A stretch of 64,000 nt of DNA from the human T2T-CHM13v2.0 reference genome, Homo sapiens. Under the pieces are notes generated by a model. It was given only the letters and a program-made list of their open reading frames with translations, made no database searches and was not told where the DNA came from. Below are positions 13,992 through 29,227 of the stretch, piece after piece. The translations under genes were made by a program, and so were the position numbers. The DNA lies in NCBI RefSeq assembly GCF_009914755.1, contig NC_060926.1, one strand, 5' to 3'. How positions within the stretch are numbered: position 1 is the first letter of the stretch; each line of letters starts with the position of its first letter.

Positions 13992-14410
13992 TGCATAATT
14001 AGGCTGTTCTTGCATTGCTGTAAAGAAATACCTGAGACTGGGTAAATCATAAAGAGAGGACATTTAACTGGCTCATGGTTCTGCATGCTGTACAGGAAGT
14101 ATCTGCTCAGCTTCTAGGGAGGCCTCAGAAAGCTTCCAATCATGGTGGAAGGTGAAGGGGAAGCAGGCATCTCACATGGCGGAAGCAGGAGGAGAGAGGG
14201 TGGGGGTGGGGGGAAGTGCTACGCATTTTTAAGTGACCAGATCTCATGAGAAATCACTCTCACAAGGACAGTACCAAGGGGAATGGTGCTAAACCATACA
14301 TGAGAAATCTGCCCCTATGATCCAATCACCTTCCACCAGGCTGCACCTCCAACACTGGGGATTACAATTCAGCATGAGATTTAGAGGGGACACATGTCCA
14401 AACTATATCA
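13992..14410 (-). mobile_element. MSTA MaLR solo LTR
   Basis: ttcttgcattgctgtaaagaaatacctgagactggg..ggaggcctcagaaagcttccaatcatggtggaagg..tccaaactatatca. Confidence 0.88.
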
Positions 14411-14494
14411 AATAGATATTCATATCCTATAGATACGTATGTGCTGAATTTTTTTCTACTATGAAGATGGACAAAAATACTTGAAGACTTTTAA

Positions 14495-15117
14495 GTAATG
14501 ATTCACAACTCTGGCTAATATCAAAGTCACTTGTGGAATTTAAAAAACTCTCATTAATTCTTGAGCTCCTTGCCAGACACGCAGTGTTAGAATGTCTGGG
14601 AGTAAAGCCTAGAAATTCATAGTCTTAAAAGTGCTGCAGCTAATTGTGATGTAGAGCCAGGACTCGGATGCAATCTCTAGAGACAAGGGTTAAGAATTTC
14701 TCAATAGTTACTTAATTCCCAGAGTTCCCAGATCACCTGCAACAGGATTACCAGGGCAAACAGCTCCTGGATTTTAAAATACAGATTGCCAGGCCCAGCA
14801 CCAGATTCACTGAATCAGAATCTTTTACTTAAGAGTTTCCAAGAGAAAAAAAATGATTCGGAATTTTAGGACTACGTAGGTACTCTAGGTTTGGTATTGT
14901 GCTAAGACTTTTGCACTAATTATTTTGTTTTAAACTCTCGACTACCTTTAATGTGGACTGATTTCCCATTTTGTACATGAAAATACTAAGGGTCTGAGAG
15001 GATAAGATAAGGATTCATTCAGGATAAGGGTGACACAGGTTCAGGTAAGTATGGGGGATCTGAATTTTTAACAGGCTCCAAAGGCAAGTCTGATACACAC
15101 CGGAATTTGAGAAGCAT
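14495..15117. mobile_element. MER5A/MER5B fragments with an intervening MIR
   Basis: MER5 motifs: aaaatacagattgccaggccc..actgaatcagaatct; atctgaatttttaacaggctcc..aatttgagaagcatt. Confidence 0.6.
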
Positions 15118-15919
15118 TAGAATTTGAGAGGCTTGCCTCCTTACTGGTCACCTTCACATTACGAAATTACAAAGTAGCCACTGGGAGCTATCACGCCAAA
15201 GAAAAATACCTTCCCACCCTTAAACATGCACAGCAATTATAGGAGTTTATCAGCATGAAGTAAATTCATATTAAAGAGTCTCTAGTTAGCATTTATGTTA
15301 TTTTGATCATTCTGTTATTGCAAAGTAGTAGTGATTCACTGGAAAGGCTCAGAACAATAGCTGCCCTCTGTTATTTCACATTATTCATACAAGCAGAATA
15401 CACATAAGTAAAATGTAATTTTTAAAATGAGTATAATCAAGGTTGACAGAAGCTAATTAAGTAGGATATATGCAGAAAGGTTCTTAATTAGCCTTTAAAA
15501 ATTATCACTTACCTTGTGACTTCAACTCTTAAGAAAAAAGCCAAAAGAAATGGCAAGACACATGTGTGTTGACAAAGGCCGTGACTCAGACCATCTGGGC
15601 ACAAAGGCAGTTGTTACAAACACAGGAAAATGGCTAAGGCTGAATGACTTTGACCTTGTGTTGCAGAATTGTTGTCTAACTAAATGGAAGAGAAACTTAA
15701 TATGATAACATCCCCTGCTGGAATTAAATTCATGTCATCATGTTGGGAAATAATCAGTTTGAAGAAAGAAAATGAAGTAGGTGATTTCTGACAATATGTC
15801 CCAAGAACTGTATGCATGCCACAAAGTGTGTATGTTTAGCTATAGAGATGTATTTGTCTACATGTACCAAATTCAGGCTATATTGCTGTTGTTAGCGTAT
15901 TTTGTCTTTCTCCACAAGT

Positions 15920-16200
15920 AAAGGCAGCAAACCCGTGGTTTATTGGATGGCACAGGACAGCAGACAAATTTTGTTTGACCTTACAGCATTGGCGAATATA
16001 ATGTTTTAATAATTTTGACTTCTCTGTCAACATTTAAACATGGAAAGATTCCACATTAAATTCCAGATTTCTGCTTCACCTCTCTCATTAGAAGATATAG
16101 TAGTATTGGGTCTATATTCTTAAATGGCATTCTGTACTATCTCTTATTCTCAAGCGATTTTAACTCATTTACCTGCATTTAATTTGTGACACCTACCCTA
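15920..16200. mobile_element. MER102-like hAT DNA transposon
   Basis: caacatttaaacatggaaagattccacattaaattccagatttctgcttc; terminal ttgtgacaccta. Confidence 0.5.
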
Positions 16201-16300
16201 GAAGGATAAAATGAAGGAGTGGGGTGTGGGAGGGCTGACTTTATCAGGTGCTTATTCTGTGCTGAAACTTTTATACTCCTGATTTATTTAAAACTGTCAG

Positions 16301-16666
<366 letters not shown>

Positions 16667-17189
16667 TCAGAGAGGATGAGTAACCCCAGCAAGGTCACAC
16701 AGCTCATGGCAGAGGAAGGAGCAAGTCAAGGTCTACTTTGGCCTTTTCTGCTATTCTATGATCATAACAAGATAAAAATTGTGCCCTTGGACTCTTGTAC
16801 TCATGTATTTGCCTTTCTATACTGACTGTTTTTGGTAGTCAGCTTTATTTTCAGGTATCTGTCTGCTATATCAGGTCTATGAATGTCAGAGGAAACAAAA
16901 ATAAATGTTTATTAGCAGCTGTTGTATGAAAGGAAATGAATTAGATACGTGCTTTAGACATGGTCTCAGTTTATGCTGGAATAGAAGCATTAAGATAAAT
17001 ATACAAATAACTACAATCTAAATGCAGTATGTGGATGTACGATGAGCATGGTGGAAAGAAAGTACTATAGGAGATACAAGAAAGAAGAGATCTGTTACAA
17101 TGTGTGGCTCCTACGTGGTCATCAGCTTTTACCTTTATGTTTTTTCTTCCCATATTTTCAGGTCATATATATATAATATGTGGTAAATA

Positions 17190-17385
17190 TATTAATATGT
17201 AGTAAATGCTATGTGTTAGCATTATAATAGTTCATTAGATTTTAAAAACTGAACATCAAATACCTAAATTAGTATTTTAAATGACTCTAATGATGTAAAC
17301 TTTCAAATAGCTTTATTGAGGTAAATTTAACATAATAAAATGTATCACTTTAAAACATACACCTATTTGCATTTAAGATTATATA
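17190..17385 (+). repeat. Local duplication A, copy 1 (pairs with 18551-18732)
   Basis: attaatatgtagtaaatgcta...ggtaaatttaacataa...tttaagat aligns by eye with copy 2. Confidence 0.85.
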
Positions 17386-17548
17386 TATTATATATGTATG
17401 TAAAGTCAGCCAAAATATACGTATATATTTCCAAATGTGTTTGTGTGTGTATAGACATAGAGATACATTTGTTTATACATACTTAAATACAGGGAATGGG
17501 CCCAAACAGTGATCTGAAACTCATCTCAAAATTATCCAAGACAGTAGA

Positions 17549-17665
17549 ACCAAGTACAGTGGCGCACAACTGTAGTGCCAGCTATACAGGAAGACTGCTT
17601 GAACCCAGGAGTTCAAGGCCAGCCTAGGCAATACAATGAGAGCTTGTCACTGTTTTTAAAAAAAG
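17549..17665 (+). mobile_element. FLAM/Alu monomer, diverged
   Basis: cagtggcgcacaactgtagtgccagcta..ttgaacccaggagttcaaggccagcctaggcaa. Confidence 0.8.
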
Positions 17666-17747
17666 TTAAAATTATACAGGTCAGAATCCAGATCCTTGCT
17701 TTTAATAGATGTTAAATGCTGGTGTGACAATCACTGGATAGGAAATG

Positions 17748-18005
17748 TACAGTAGAGGTTAAGGGCTTAGATTTTGGACCACATTATCTGGGTATAAATC
17801 TCAGCTATGCTGTTTATCAGCTGTATAACCTTGGGCAAATTACTTAATCTTTGTGTGTCTCAGTTTGCTCATCTCTAAAATGGGGTAAGAAGAGTGTACC
17901 TGCCTTCTATGGTTATTAAGAGAATTACTGAGTTAACATACATAAAGTACTTAGAATAATGCCTTCCTCATGAGTTCCATATTAGAATTAGTGATTGTTA
18001 TTATT
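17748..18005 (+). mobile_element. MIR
   Basis: ctgtataaccttgggcaaattacttaatctttgtgtgtctcagtttgctcatctctaaaatgggg. Confidence 0.85.
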
Positions 18006-18550
18006 AAAACACTTAATCACTATGCTTGATACTTTCAATATTCAAATAAAAAAAGTTTAGTGACCTTCCTTTTTTGGTCGCCTTTACATTTAGTAACATA
18101 AATAATGCAAAGTCACTGTTCTTGAGTCAGTGCATAGCTTCCTCACATTGCTGAGCTTGATGTAAGGCTGGCTTATGTCATGGTCAGCACCACTGGGAAG
18201 ATTCTAAGAAAGTGGAAGAAGGAAAGGATGGGATTTTAAGTGGCATTAGAAGTTTGTGACACATGAACCTAATGGAAACCCATGCTGCCTGCCAGTCCTT
18301 CAATTACTCAGAGATCTGAAGTACTGCACCTTCAGGGGAAGACCCCACATATGTCTCACTGCTTGGAACAGAAAGTTACTTCCTCCCCAACTCCTTATTT
18401 AGGGTGTGTGCCAAATTTTTTATGTAAAGGAAGAATCAGGGACACAATTAAAGTCTTTCAATTCTTTGTAGATAATTATTTTCCATTTCATTTTATGGGA
18501 AAATATAGGCTTTGCACTAAGAAAACAATAGTTTGGACATTGTGAACCTT

Positions 18551-18732
18551 TATTAATATGTAGTAAATGCTATACTTTAGCATAATAGTTCACTAGGTTT
18601 TAAAAATTAAACATCAGATATCTAACATTTTAAATGACTTTAATGATGTACATTTTCAGATAATTTTATTCGGGTAAATTTAACATAAAATGAATCACTT
18701 TAAAATGTACACATATTGAATTTAAGATATAT
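18551..18732 (+). repeat. Local duplication A, copy 2
   Basis: Aligns with 17190-17385. Confidence 0.85.
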
Positions 18733-19179
18733 AAAATTTTCATCCTCTGCAAAAGTTTACTTACACCATGTTCTAGTTAATTGCCATTATGACTCTACTC
18801 CTGGCCCCAGGCAATAACTCATCTGTTTTCTGAAATTATAGATGACTTTTGTTTTTTTTTTTAGAATTTCATATACATGGAATAATACAATATCCTTTGG
18901 TAAGCATTGTTTCATGTACTTATTGGTCATTTATATATCTTATTTTGTGTAGTGTTTGTTAAAATCTTTTGCCCATTTTTTACAGTTGATTGCCTTCTTA
19001 TGGAGTTGTAAGAGTTCTATAAATATTCTGGATACAAGGCCTTTGTCAAAGATATGTATTGTGAATATTTTCTCCCAGTTTGTGGTTTATCTTTTTGTTT
19101 GATTTAATGGTATGTTTTGATGAGCAGAGCTTTTAAATTTTGATAGAGTCAGCTTGAAGCTGTTTTTACCTTTTATAAT

Positions 19180-19367
19180 CTTGTTTCTGAAGTTACATAG
19201 CGTCACTCCTGTTGTCCTGTAGTGGTAGAAACAGTTGCAAAACCCTGCTGAGTTTCAAGGGTATGAGATACAGACTTCATGTCTTAATGGGGCAGAGGAA
19301 GGCTCTGAAACAGCATTTGGTATGCGAATTATTGTTGAAACAATTTTGAAAAATACAGTCTGCCAAC
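19180..19367 (-). mobile_element. MLT1G/H-like MaLR LTR fragment
   Basis: Ends tttgaaaaatacagtctgccaaca, typical of an MLT1 terminus. Confidence 0.6.
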
Positions 19368-21471
19368 ATCTTTCCCAAAATGTGTCCATTTCATCTAATA
19401 GATTTATTGGCATTAAATTTTTTGTGACAGCCTCTTAGTACTTTAAAAATGTTAGTAGGATCTGTAATAATATCCCTTCTTTCATTCTTAGTTATGGTTA
19501 TTTGTGTCTTCTCTTTTTTCTTTATTAGACTAGTTAGAGGTTTATAAATTTATTGATTTTTTTCCCCTAAAAAACCAGGTTAAGATTTCACTGATTTTCT
19601 CTATTTTTTCACTTTTTACTTTTATTGCTTTCCACTCTTATCTTTGTGATTTCCTTTATTCTCCTTACTCTGGATTTAATATGTTCTTTTTATTTATTAT
19701 TCTTCTTACTCTTACGTTGCTTATTAAGAAAGAAGCTTAGATCATTGGTTTAGATTCTTATTATTTTAAATATGAGCACTTAAAATGATAAATATTAATC
19801 TAAGCAATGTTATAGATGCATCTCATAAATTTTGATGTGTCATACATGTTGATATTACTATCACTCTATTAAAATATCTTCTAATTTTCCTGTTGAATTC
19901 TTCTTTGACCCAAGAGTTATTTAGAGGTCTTTTGTTCAGTTACCAAATAACTGGAGATTTTTCTACTTTTTGCTATTGATTTTATTATTGAGGTAAGATT
20001 CATGTAACATGAAACTAACCATTTTAAAATGTAAAATTCACTGGCATCTGAAGTCCATGCAGAATTTTGTGCAACTATTACCTCTATTTAGTTCCAAAAT
20101 ATTTTCCTCACCCTGAAAGGAATGCCTGTACTCTTTAAGCAAGCACTCTACATTCTCTCTTCTAACAGCCACTAATATTTTTCTGTTTGTATGGATTTGT
20201 CTATTCTGGATATTTCATATGAAAATTGGGTACTAAAATGTGTAACATTTTATGTCTGGCTTCTTTTATTTAGCACAATGTTTTTTGAGGCTTATATATG
20301 TTGTAGAATGTATCAGTACATCATTTCTTCTTATGAATGAATCATATTCTATTGTATGAATATACTATATTTTGTTTACTCATTCATCTGTTGATGGACA
20401 ATTTGTGTTATTTCCAACTTTTGGCTATTGTAAATAAGGCTGCTATGAACATATGTGTACAAGTTTTTGTTTGAAGACCTGTTTTCAATTTGGGCATGTA
20501 CCTAGGAGTGGAATTGCTGGGTCATATGGTAATTCAATGATTAACTTTGTTAAGAACCACCAAACGGTTTTCCATAATGGCTACACTGTTTTTTTATATT
20601 TCCACCAGCAATGTATGAGGGTTCCAATTTCTTCACATCCTTGCTAATCTTTATTTTCTATTTTTAAATAATTATAGCCATCCCAGTGGATTTGAGTGAG
20701 TGAGTGGCATCTCACTGTGTTTTGATTTGCATTTTCCCTATTAACTAAAGATGTTGAGCGTCTTTTCATGTGCTGGTTGGCCATTTGTATATCTTCTTAG
20801 GAAAAATGTCTATTTGTATTCTTTGCCTATTTAAAAAATGTTTTTGGTCTCTTCGGGTTGAGTTGTAAGAGTCCTTTATGTATTTTGGATACTAGAACCT
20901 TGTGAGAGATATGATTTGTAATTGTTTTCTCCCTCTCTGTGGGTTGTCTTTTCACTCTCTTGATAGTATCCCTGGATGCACAAATGTTTTTTAATTTTGT
21001 CAAAGTTCAGTGATTTGTTTTCTTTTTTGACCTTTTGGTGACTTATCTAAGAATCCGTTGCCAAATCCACAATCACAAAGATTTACCATATATTTTCTTC
21101 TTGTTGAAGAGGCTGTTTTTCCCTATTGTATGGTCTTGACACTGCTGTTGAAAATCTGTTGACAAGGGTATGGGTGTATTTCTAGACCCTTAATTCTATC
21201 CTGTTGGTCTATATATCTATCTTTGTACCAGCATCATACTGTTTTGATTATTACTGTAGCTCTGTAATAAGTTTTGAAATACAGAAGTGTGACTTCTCCA
21301 AATTTATTATTCTTTTTCAAAATTGTTTTGGCTATTACGAGTCACTTGAAATTCCATATGAATTTTAGGATCTGCTTTTCCATTTCTGCAAAAAGGCCAT
21401 TAGGATTTCGATAGAGATTACACTGAATTTGTAGATTGCTTTGAGGAGTATTACCATCTTAACAATATTAG

Positions 21472-21843
<372 letters not shown>

Positions 21844-21892
21844 TAACTCTGATAGGTTTTTTGTAGGGTCTTTAAGATTTTCTACGTATCAG

Positions 21893-22233
21893 ATGTCTTA
21901 TTCTGTTTGGGTTGCTATAACAAAATACTGTAAGGTAGGTAGCTTATAAACAACAAAAACACAGTTCTGGAAACTTGGACGTCTGAGATCAAGGCACCAG
22001 CAGATTTGATGTCTGGTGAAAATCTGCTTTTTGGTTCACAAACAGCACCTTCTTGTCTTTTCTTCTTGCATGGTGGAAGGGATGAAAAGAACTCTGGGGT
22101 CTCTTTTATGGTTCACGAGGGCATCATCCTTACGAACAAATTACCTTCCAATGGCCCCACCTTCTAATACCATTACCTTGGGGTTAGAATTTCAACATGA
22201 ATTTTGGGAGAACACAAACCTTCAGACCATAGC
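21893..22233 (-). mobile_element. MaLR solo LTR (MSTC/D-like)
   Basis: tgtcttattctgtttgggttgctataacaaaatac..ccttcagaccatagc. Confidence 0.8.
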
Positions 22234-22378
22234 GTAGAGATAATCTTATTTATTCATTTCCAATTTGGATGGTTTTTATTTATTTATTTATTTGGCTAAT
22301 TTCTCTGGGTAGGACTTTTAGTAGAATATTGAACAGAATTGACAAAAGTGGGAATCCTTCACTAGTTCGTAATCTTAG

Positions 22379-22863
<485 letters not shown>

Positions 22864-23813
22864 TAAAACTTATTGGGATTTGTATAATGGCCTATATATA
22901 GCCATTTGGATGAATGGTGAATTCTGGAAAAAAAAAAAAGAAGTCTTTTTTCCAGTTGTTGAATGTAGTGTTCCATGACTGTCAATTAAGTTAGGCTGAT
23001 TGATAGTCTTGCTCAAGCTTTCTGTATTCTTGGCTGATTTTCTGCCTACTTGTTTTATCACTTATGGGAGAGGAGTGTTGAGATTTTTCAGCTATAATTA
23101 TAGATTAGTTTGCTCTTCCTTTCAGTTATGTGAGTTTTGCTCCACGTGTTTTGAAGTTCTGTAATTATGTGCAAAGAAATTTAGGATTATTATGTCTTTT
23201 TGACAAATTAACCCTTTTATCATTATGAAACAGCCCTCTTTATTTCTGGTAACATTTTGTGTTTGGAGCCTAATTTTCTAACGTTCATATGATCACTTTA
23301 ATTCTCTTATGATTAGGAGAAAATGGTATCTGTTTTATGGTCTTTTTATGTTGAACCTATGTCTTTATATTAAAGTAAGTTTATTATAGATAATGTATAA
23401 TTGGATACTGCTTTACAAAATCCTGCCTGACAATCTGTCTTTTAAGGCAGTGTTTAGCCATTTGCATATATTATACTTATCAATGTAGCTAGGTTTAAAC
23501 CTGTAATCTTGATACTTTTTTATATTTGCCCTATTTATAGCTAATGTATTAGCTATATTTCTTCTATTGTTTTAAGTGGCAATTAAGATGTATAGTATCC
23601 ACTTCACCTTGTCACATTTCACCTTCGAATAATATTATGCCACTTAATATATAATGTAAGAATCTTACAAAGGTATAATTCAATTTTCCCTCTCCCATCC
23701 TTTCCATTATTGTTTCTTTACATTTTTCTTCCATGTGTTATACATTCGCAAATACCTTGTTATTATTATTGCTACTAAAGTTAATAAATAACCTTTTTAA
23801 AAGTGAAAAACTG

Positions 23814-24115
23814 GGCTGGGGACTGTGGCTCACGCCTGTAATCCTAATACTTTGGGAGGCTGAGGTGGGAGGATCACTTGAGGTCAGGAGTTTCAGACCA
23901 GCCTGGCCAACATGGCAAAACCCGTTCTTTACTAAAAATACAAAAATTAGCTGGGCATGGTGGTGCTGGCCTATAATTCCAGCTACTCAGGGGGCTGAGG
24001 CATGAGAATCACTTGGGCTTGGGAGGCAGAGGTTGCAGTGAGCCAAGATTGCACCACTGCACTCCAGCCTGGGTGACAGAGGAAGAATCTGTCTCAAAAT
24101 AAGTAAATAAATAAA
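23814..24115 (+). mobile_element. AluS
   Basis: Full dimer; TSD aaaagtgaaaaactg at 23799-23813 and 24126-24140. Confidence 0.95.
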
Positions 24116-24708
24116 AATGAAAAATAAAAGTGAAAAACTGAGAAAACTAAATTTTATATTTATTTATTAATCATTTCCAGCACTCTTTATTGCTCTTTGT
24201 ACGTCTGTGTTGCCATAGGATATTGTTTTCCTACTACCTGCATACTTCCTATAGTGCAGGTGCTGAGTGAATTTTTTTTCAACATGAAAATAAAATGTCT
24301 TTATTTAATGTCCTTTTAAAAAAACTTTTAGAGACAGGGTCTCACTCTGTTGCCCATGTGGGAGCGCACATATTTTCTGGTGAAAAATCTGCTGTCACTC
24401 TTATCTTTGTTTCTGTATGTTGTATGCCTATTTTCCTCCCCAGCTACTTTTAATGATCTCTTTTCATCCTTGATTCAGTAATGTAATGATCATGTGCCTT
24501 GATGTGGTTTACTGTGTTGTTGCTTATAGTTCATTGAGCTTCTCGGATCTGGGGATTTATAGTTGTCATCAAGATTGGAAAATTTTTGCTTCTTATATCA
24601 TTAAATATTTCTTTTACTCCTCTCTTTTGCTTCCCCCATTCTGGGATTTTAATTAAATCCCTGTTAGACCCTTTGATTTTGTCACACAGGTAGCAGAGGT
24701 TGTGTTCA

Positions 24709-25004
<296 letters not shown>

Positions 25005-25461
25005 AGTTTTGTTCATTTAAAAAAAATAGTTTTTACTCTATGCTTCATTTCAAATAGTTTCTATTTTTATGGACTCAAGTTTGCTGATTTTTTTCTTCCA
25101 CAGTATCTAATCTGTTGTTAAGCTCATTCAGTGAATTTTTCTTTTTGGATATTATATTTTTCATCTTTAAATATTCCATTTACTTTTTAATAACTTCTAT
25201 TTTTTCTTATTTTCATGTTTTCCTCTAACTCCTTTTGTATATTTATATAGCTGTTTTAATATCTCGGTCTGGCATTCCATCATTTCCACCATTATGAGGC
25301 TTGTTATTACCTAATGATTTGTCTCTTTGTTGTAACTTTTATTTTTTTAAATCTGCAGTCATTTTTTATTGGATCCCAGACATTGTAGTGTCAGTACTGA
25401 GTGTTTGAATTTTGTGTTCCTTTAAAGAATATTGAATTTTAGCTAGCAGATTCTTTTCTAG

Positions 25462-25496
<35 letters not shown>

Positions 25497-26389
25497 GGTA
25501 AGTCTGAGTAGTTGTTACGTTAGGGCTGGATTTCCTTGGCACTCAGTCATGACTCTCCAGAAACTTCTAACTTATATATCAGGTGTTCAGCAAGGTTTTT
25601 CCCACTCTGGCTGATTGTGACTTGATCATCCCTCAGTCCTGTGTAAGTTCTGGGAATGGGTCAGTTTCCTACAATCCTTTCCCTGCAGCCCTTTCCCTGA
25701 TCTGATGGAGTTTGTATTCAGCGACAGATTATGATTCCTATGGAGATTTCTGGGACACTTTGTTTGCATTCCTCCCCGCTATATGGTGTACTCTGTCCCT
25801 AATATTTCAGTTGTGTTGGTCTTCTTAAGTTCAAACTCTGTCTTAGCAATTTGCAATTTAGTATGACCGTCATGATCTGCTTGGGTTTTCCCTTTCTGTG
25901 TAATGATTTGAAAGGTTCTTTTAGAAGGCCAGGATGATCCTTACCTATTTGCTTCTTTTTAATCAATGATCTCAGGCCTGTGCTGCCTATCTTAAATATC
26001 TGAAACAACTGTTTTTTCTATTTCTGCTCAGTTTTTAAATTCTTTATGGTGGAAGGACAAATCTAGTACCAGTTATTCTAACATGGATAGAATTAAATTT
26101 AATTTTAATAATTAAGTCTAATGTTAATTGGAGTAGAATTAGGGTGAGAATTGAGTATTAGTAACTTTTTTCATTTTAAAATAAATGTTTTATTTTGAAA
26201 TAATTTTATGTCTATAAAAATTATGTCTATAGAAGAGTTGCAAAGATAGTACAGAGTGTTTCTGTATACACTTCACCTAGTTTCCTCTAATGTTAACTTC
26301 TTGTATAACCTTGATACACTTATCAAAACTAAGAAATGAACATTGGTTACTATTCACCAAACTATAGCCTTCATTAAGATTTCACAGTT

Positions 26390-26984
26390 CTGCTTTTACA
26401 CTGTTGGTGGGAGTGTAAATTAGTTCAACCATTGTGGAAGACAGTGTGGTAGTTCCTCAAGGATCTAGAGCCAGAAATACCATTTGACCCAGCAATCCCA
26501 TTACTGGTATATACCTAAAAGATTATAAATCATTCTACTATAAAGAGACATGCACATGTATGTTTATTGCAGCACTATTTTAAATAACAAAGACTTGGAA
26601 CCAACCCAAATGCCCATCAATGATAGATTGGATAAAGAAAATGTGGCACATATACACCATAGAATACTATGCAGCCATAAAAAGAATGAGTTCATGTCAT
26701 TTGCAGGGACATGGATGAAGCTGAAAACCATCACTGTCAGCAAACTAACAAGGAACAGAAAACCAAACACCACATGTTCTCATAAGTGGGAGTTGAACAA
26801 TGAGAACACATGGACACAGGGAGCATCATATACTGGGGCCTGTCGAGGGTTGGGGGACTAGGGGAGGGATAACATTAGGCGAAATACCTAATGTAGCTGA
26901 TGGGTTGATGGGTGCAGCAAACCACCATGGCACGTGTATACCTATGTAACAAACCTGCACATGTATCCCGGAACTTAAAAAAAA
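26390..26984 (+). mobile_element. L1PA (PA7/8-like) 5'-truncated 3' end
   Basis: ORF2 C-terminus (FAGTWMKL) and 3'UTR; TSD agatttcacagtt at 26377-26389 and 27291-27303. Confidence 0.92.
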
Positions 26985-26992
26985 GAGATTTC

Positions 26993-27289
<297 letters not shown>

Positions 27290-27446
27290 GAGATTTCACA
27301 GTTTTTACGTTGTTTTTTTCCTCCTGTATATCTAGGATACCACACTGCATTTAGTCATCATGTCTCCTTAGCCTTGAGAAGAGTGTGTTCGAAACTTTTT
27401 TAAAAAGCACTACCTGCAGTGCTTGAAAAACAGTGGACAGGCTTTC

Positions 27447-28397
27447 TTTTATTTTTTATTATTTTTTAAAAAGTATGTATTTTTAATTTCCATAGCTTTT
27501 GGGGTACAAGCAGTTTTTGGTTATGTGGATTAATTATAGAGTGGTTAAGTCTGAGATTTTAGTGTACCCATCACCCGAGTAGTGTACACTGTACCTAATA
27601 TGTAGTTTTTTAAATCCCTCATTCCCCTCCCACCGTCCCCACTTCTGAGTCTCCAAAACCCGTTATACCACTCTGTATGCCTTTGCGTTCTCACAGCTTA
27701 GCTCCTACTTATAAGTGAGAATACACAGTATTTGGTTTTCCATTCCTGAGTTACTTTATTTAGAATATTGGCTTCCAGCTCCATCCAAGTTGCTGCAAGA
27801 GATATTATTTCATTCTTTTTTATGGTTGAGTGTTCCATCGTGTATATATGTACCACATTTTCCTTATCCACTCATTGGTTGATTGGTACTTAGGTTGGTT
27901 TCATATCTTTGCAATTGTCAATTGTGCTGTGATAAACATATGTCTGCAGGTGTCTTTTTGATATAATGATTTCTTTTTCTTTGGGTAGATACCCAGCAGT
28001 AGGATTTCTGGATTGAATGGTAGATAAATTTTTTGTTCTTTAAGAAATCTCCATACTATTTTCCATGGAGGTTGTACTAACTTGCATCCACCAGCATTGT
28101 ATAAGCATTCCCTTTTCCCCACATCCACACAAACATCTATTGTTTTTTGATTTTCTAATAATGGCCATTCTGGCTGGGGTAAGGTGGTATCTCATTGGTG
28201 GTTTTAATTTACATTTCTCTGATGATTAGTGATATTGAGCACTTTTTCATATGTTTTTGGCCATTTGTGTATCTTCTTTTGAGAAATGTCTATTCATAAC
28301 ATTTGCCCACTTTTTGATGGGATTGTTTGCTTTTTTCTTGCTGATTTGAACTCCTTGTAGATTCTGGATATTAGTCCTTTGTTAGATGCACAGTTTG
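27447..28397 (-). mobile_element. L1PB-type 5'-truncated 3' end
   Basis: ccatagctttttggggtacaagcagtttttgg 3'UTR; ORF2 C-terminal peptide in ORF 27901-28128; long direct repeat at 27423-27446 and 28395-28418. Confidence 0.88.
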
Positions 28398-29227
28398 AAA
28401 AACAGTGCACATGCTTTCAGCTGGGCTCAGCTGCATGGGTCGGAGCAGTTTGAAGGGGACTCAGAACCAGAACCAGACTCAGGGACAAGTTGGCCATGGA
28501 CAAGGGAACAACCCTAGCTCTGGCACTGTGGGAAGTTTAGTCTGCAGCCACAGGCATTACATGGCATCCAATACCATCAGGAAGTTTCAATATGTGGTAA
28601 TGATGAGATGGACAATTAGAATGAAGTCCTTAATATATCTGTGCATGGTGGTAAGGGCTTTACAAAGTGTAATGGAAATCTTCTTTTTTTTGTTTGACTA
28701 TTTCTTTCCCTTCTTGGAAACTTTCTTTGGGGAAATGTTCCTCCTGTATACATGCTTTTTTCTCACCTCTCCAAGCCACAGATATGGTCACGTTAAACAA
28801 TATCCCATGTTGTGAGTGATTCTTAAAAGGTGGACGTGCAATCGCTGAAGGGCCAATTAAACATCTTCACTGGGACTTATTTAGAAATTCTTGAGAAAGA
28901 TAATCTCTGTTTTTACTGGGGTTGCTGAGTTAAAATGATTTAAGTCTTCAGCTGCCTGTGATTGTGTCTTCTAGGTAGATGAGGACGGCTCTTCTGTATT
29001 AAGAGAAAATGATGTTAGTGTCCAGAGAATCAGAGGCAAAAAAAGTGGAAAGAAGACATAATGATGTCATTTACACCTCTAGGTCCAGTAGTTTTTATTG
29101 CCCCCCTTTTTATTCCTTGAATGGTGTTTCTAAGATTTTTAACTAACACACACATTATCCCCACATAGTCTCATGATAACCTTGTGAAAGGGTTATACCT
29201 TGTTACCCTTGCATTTCAGAAAAAGAA

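Noticed and set aside
25464-25492. Orphan poly(T) (also poly(A) at 56485-56506)
   Set aside because: No TSD or attached element body was found; most simply a mononucleotide expansion.
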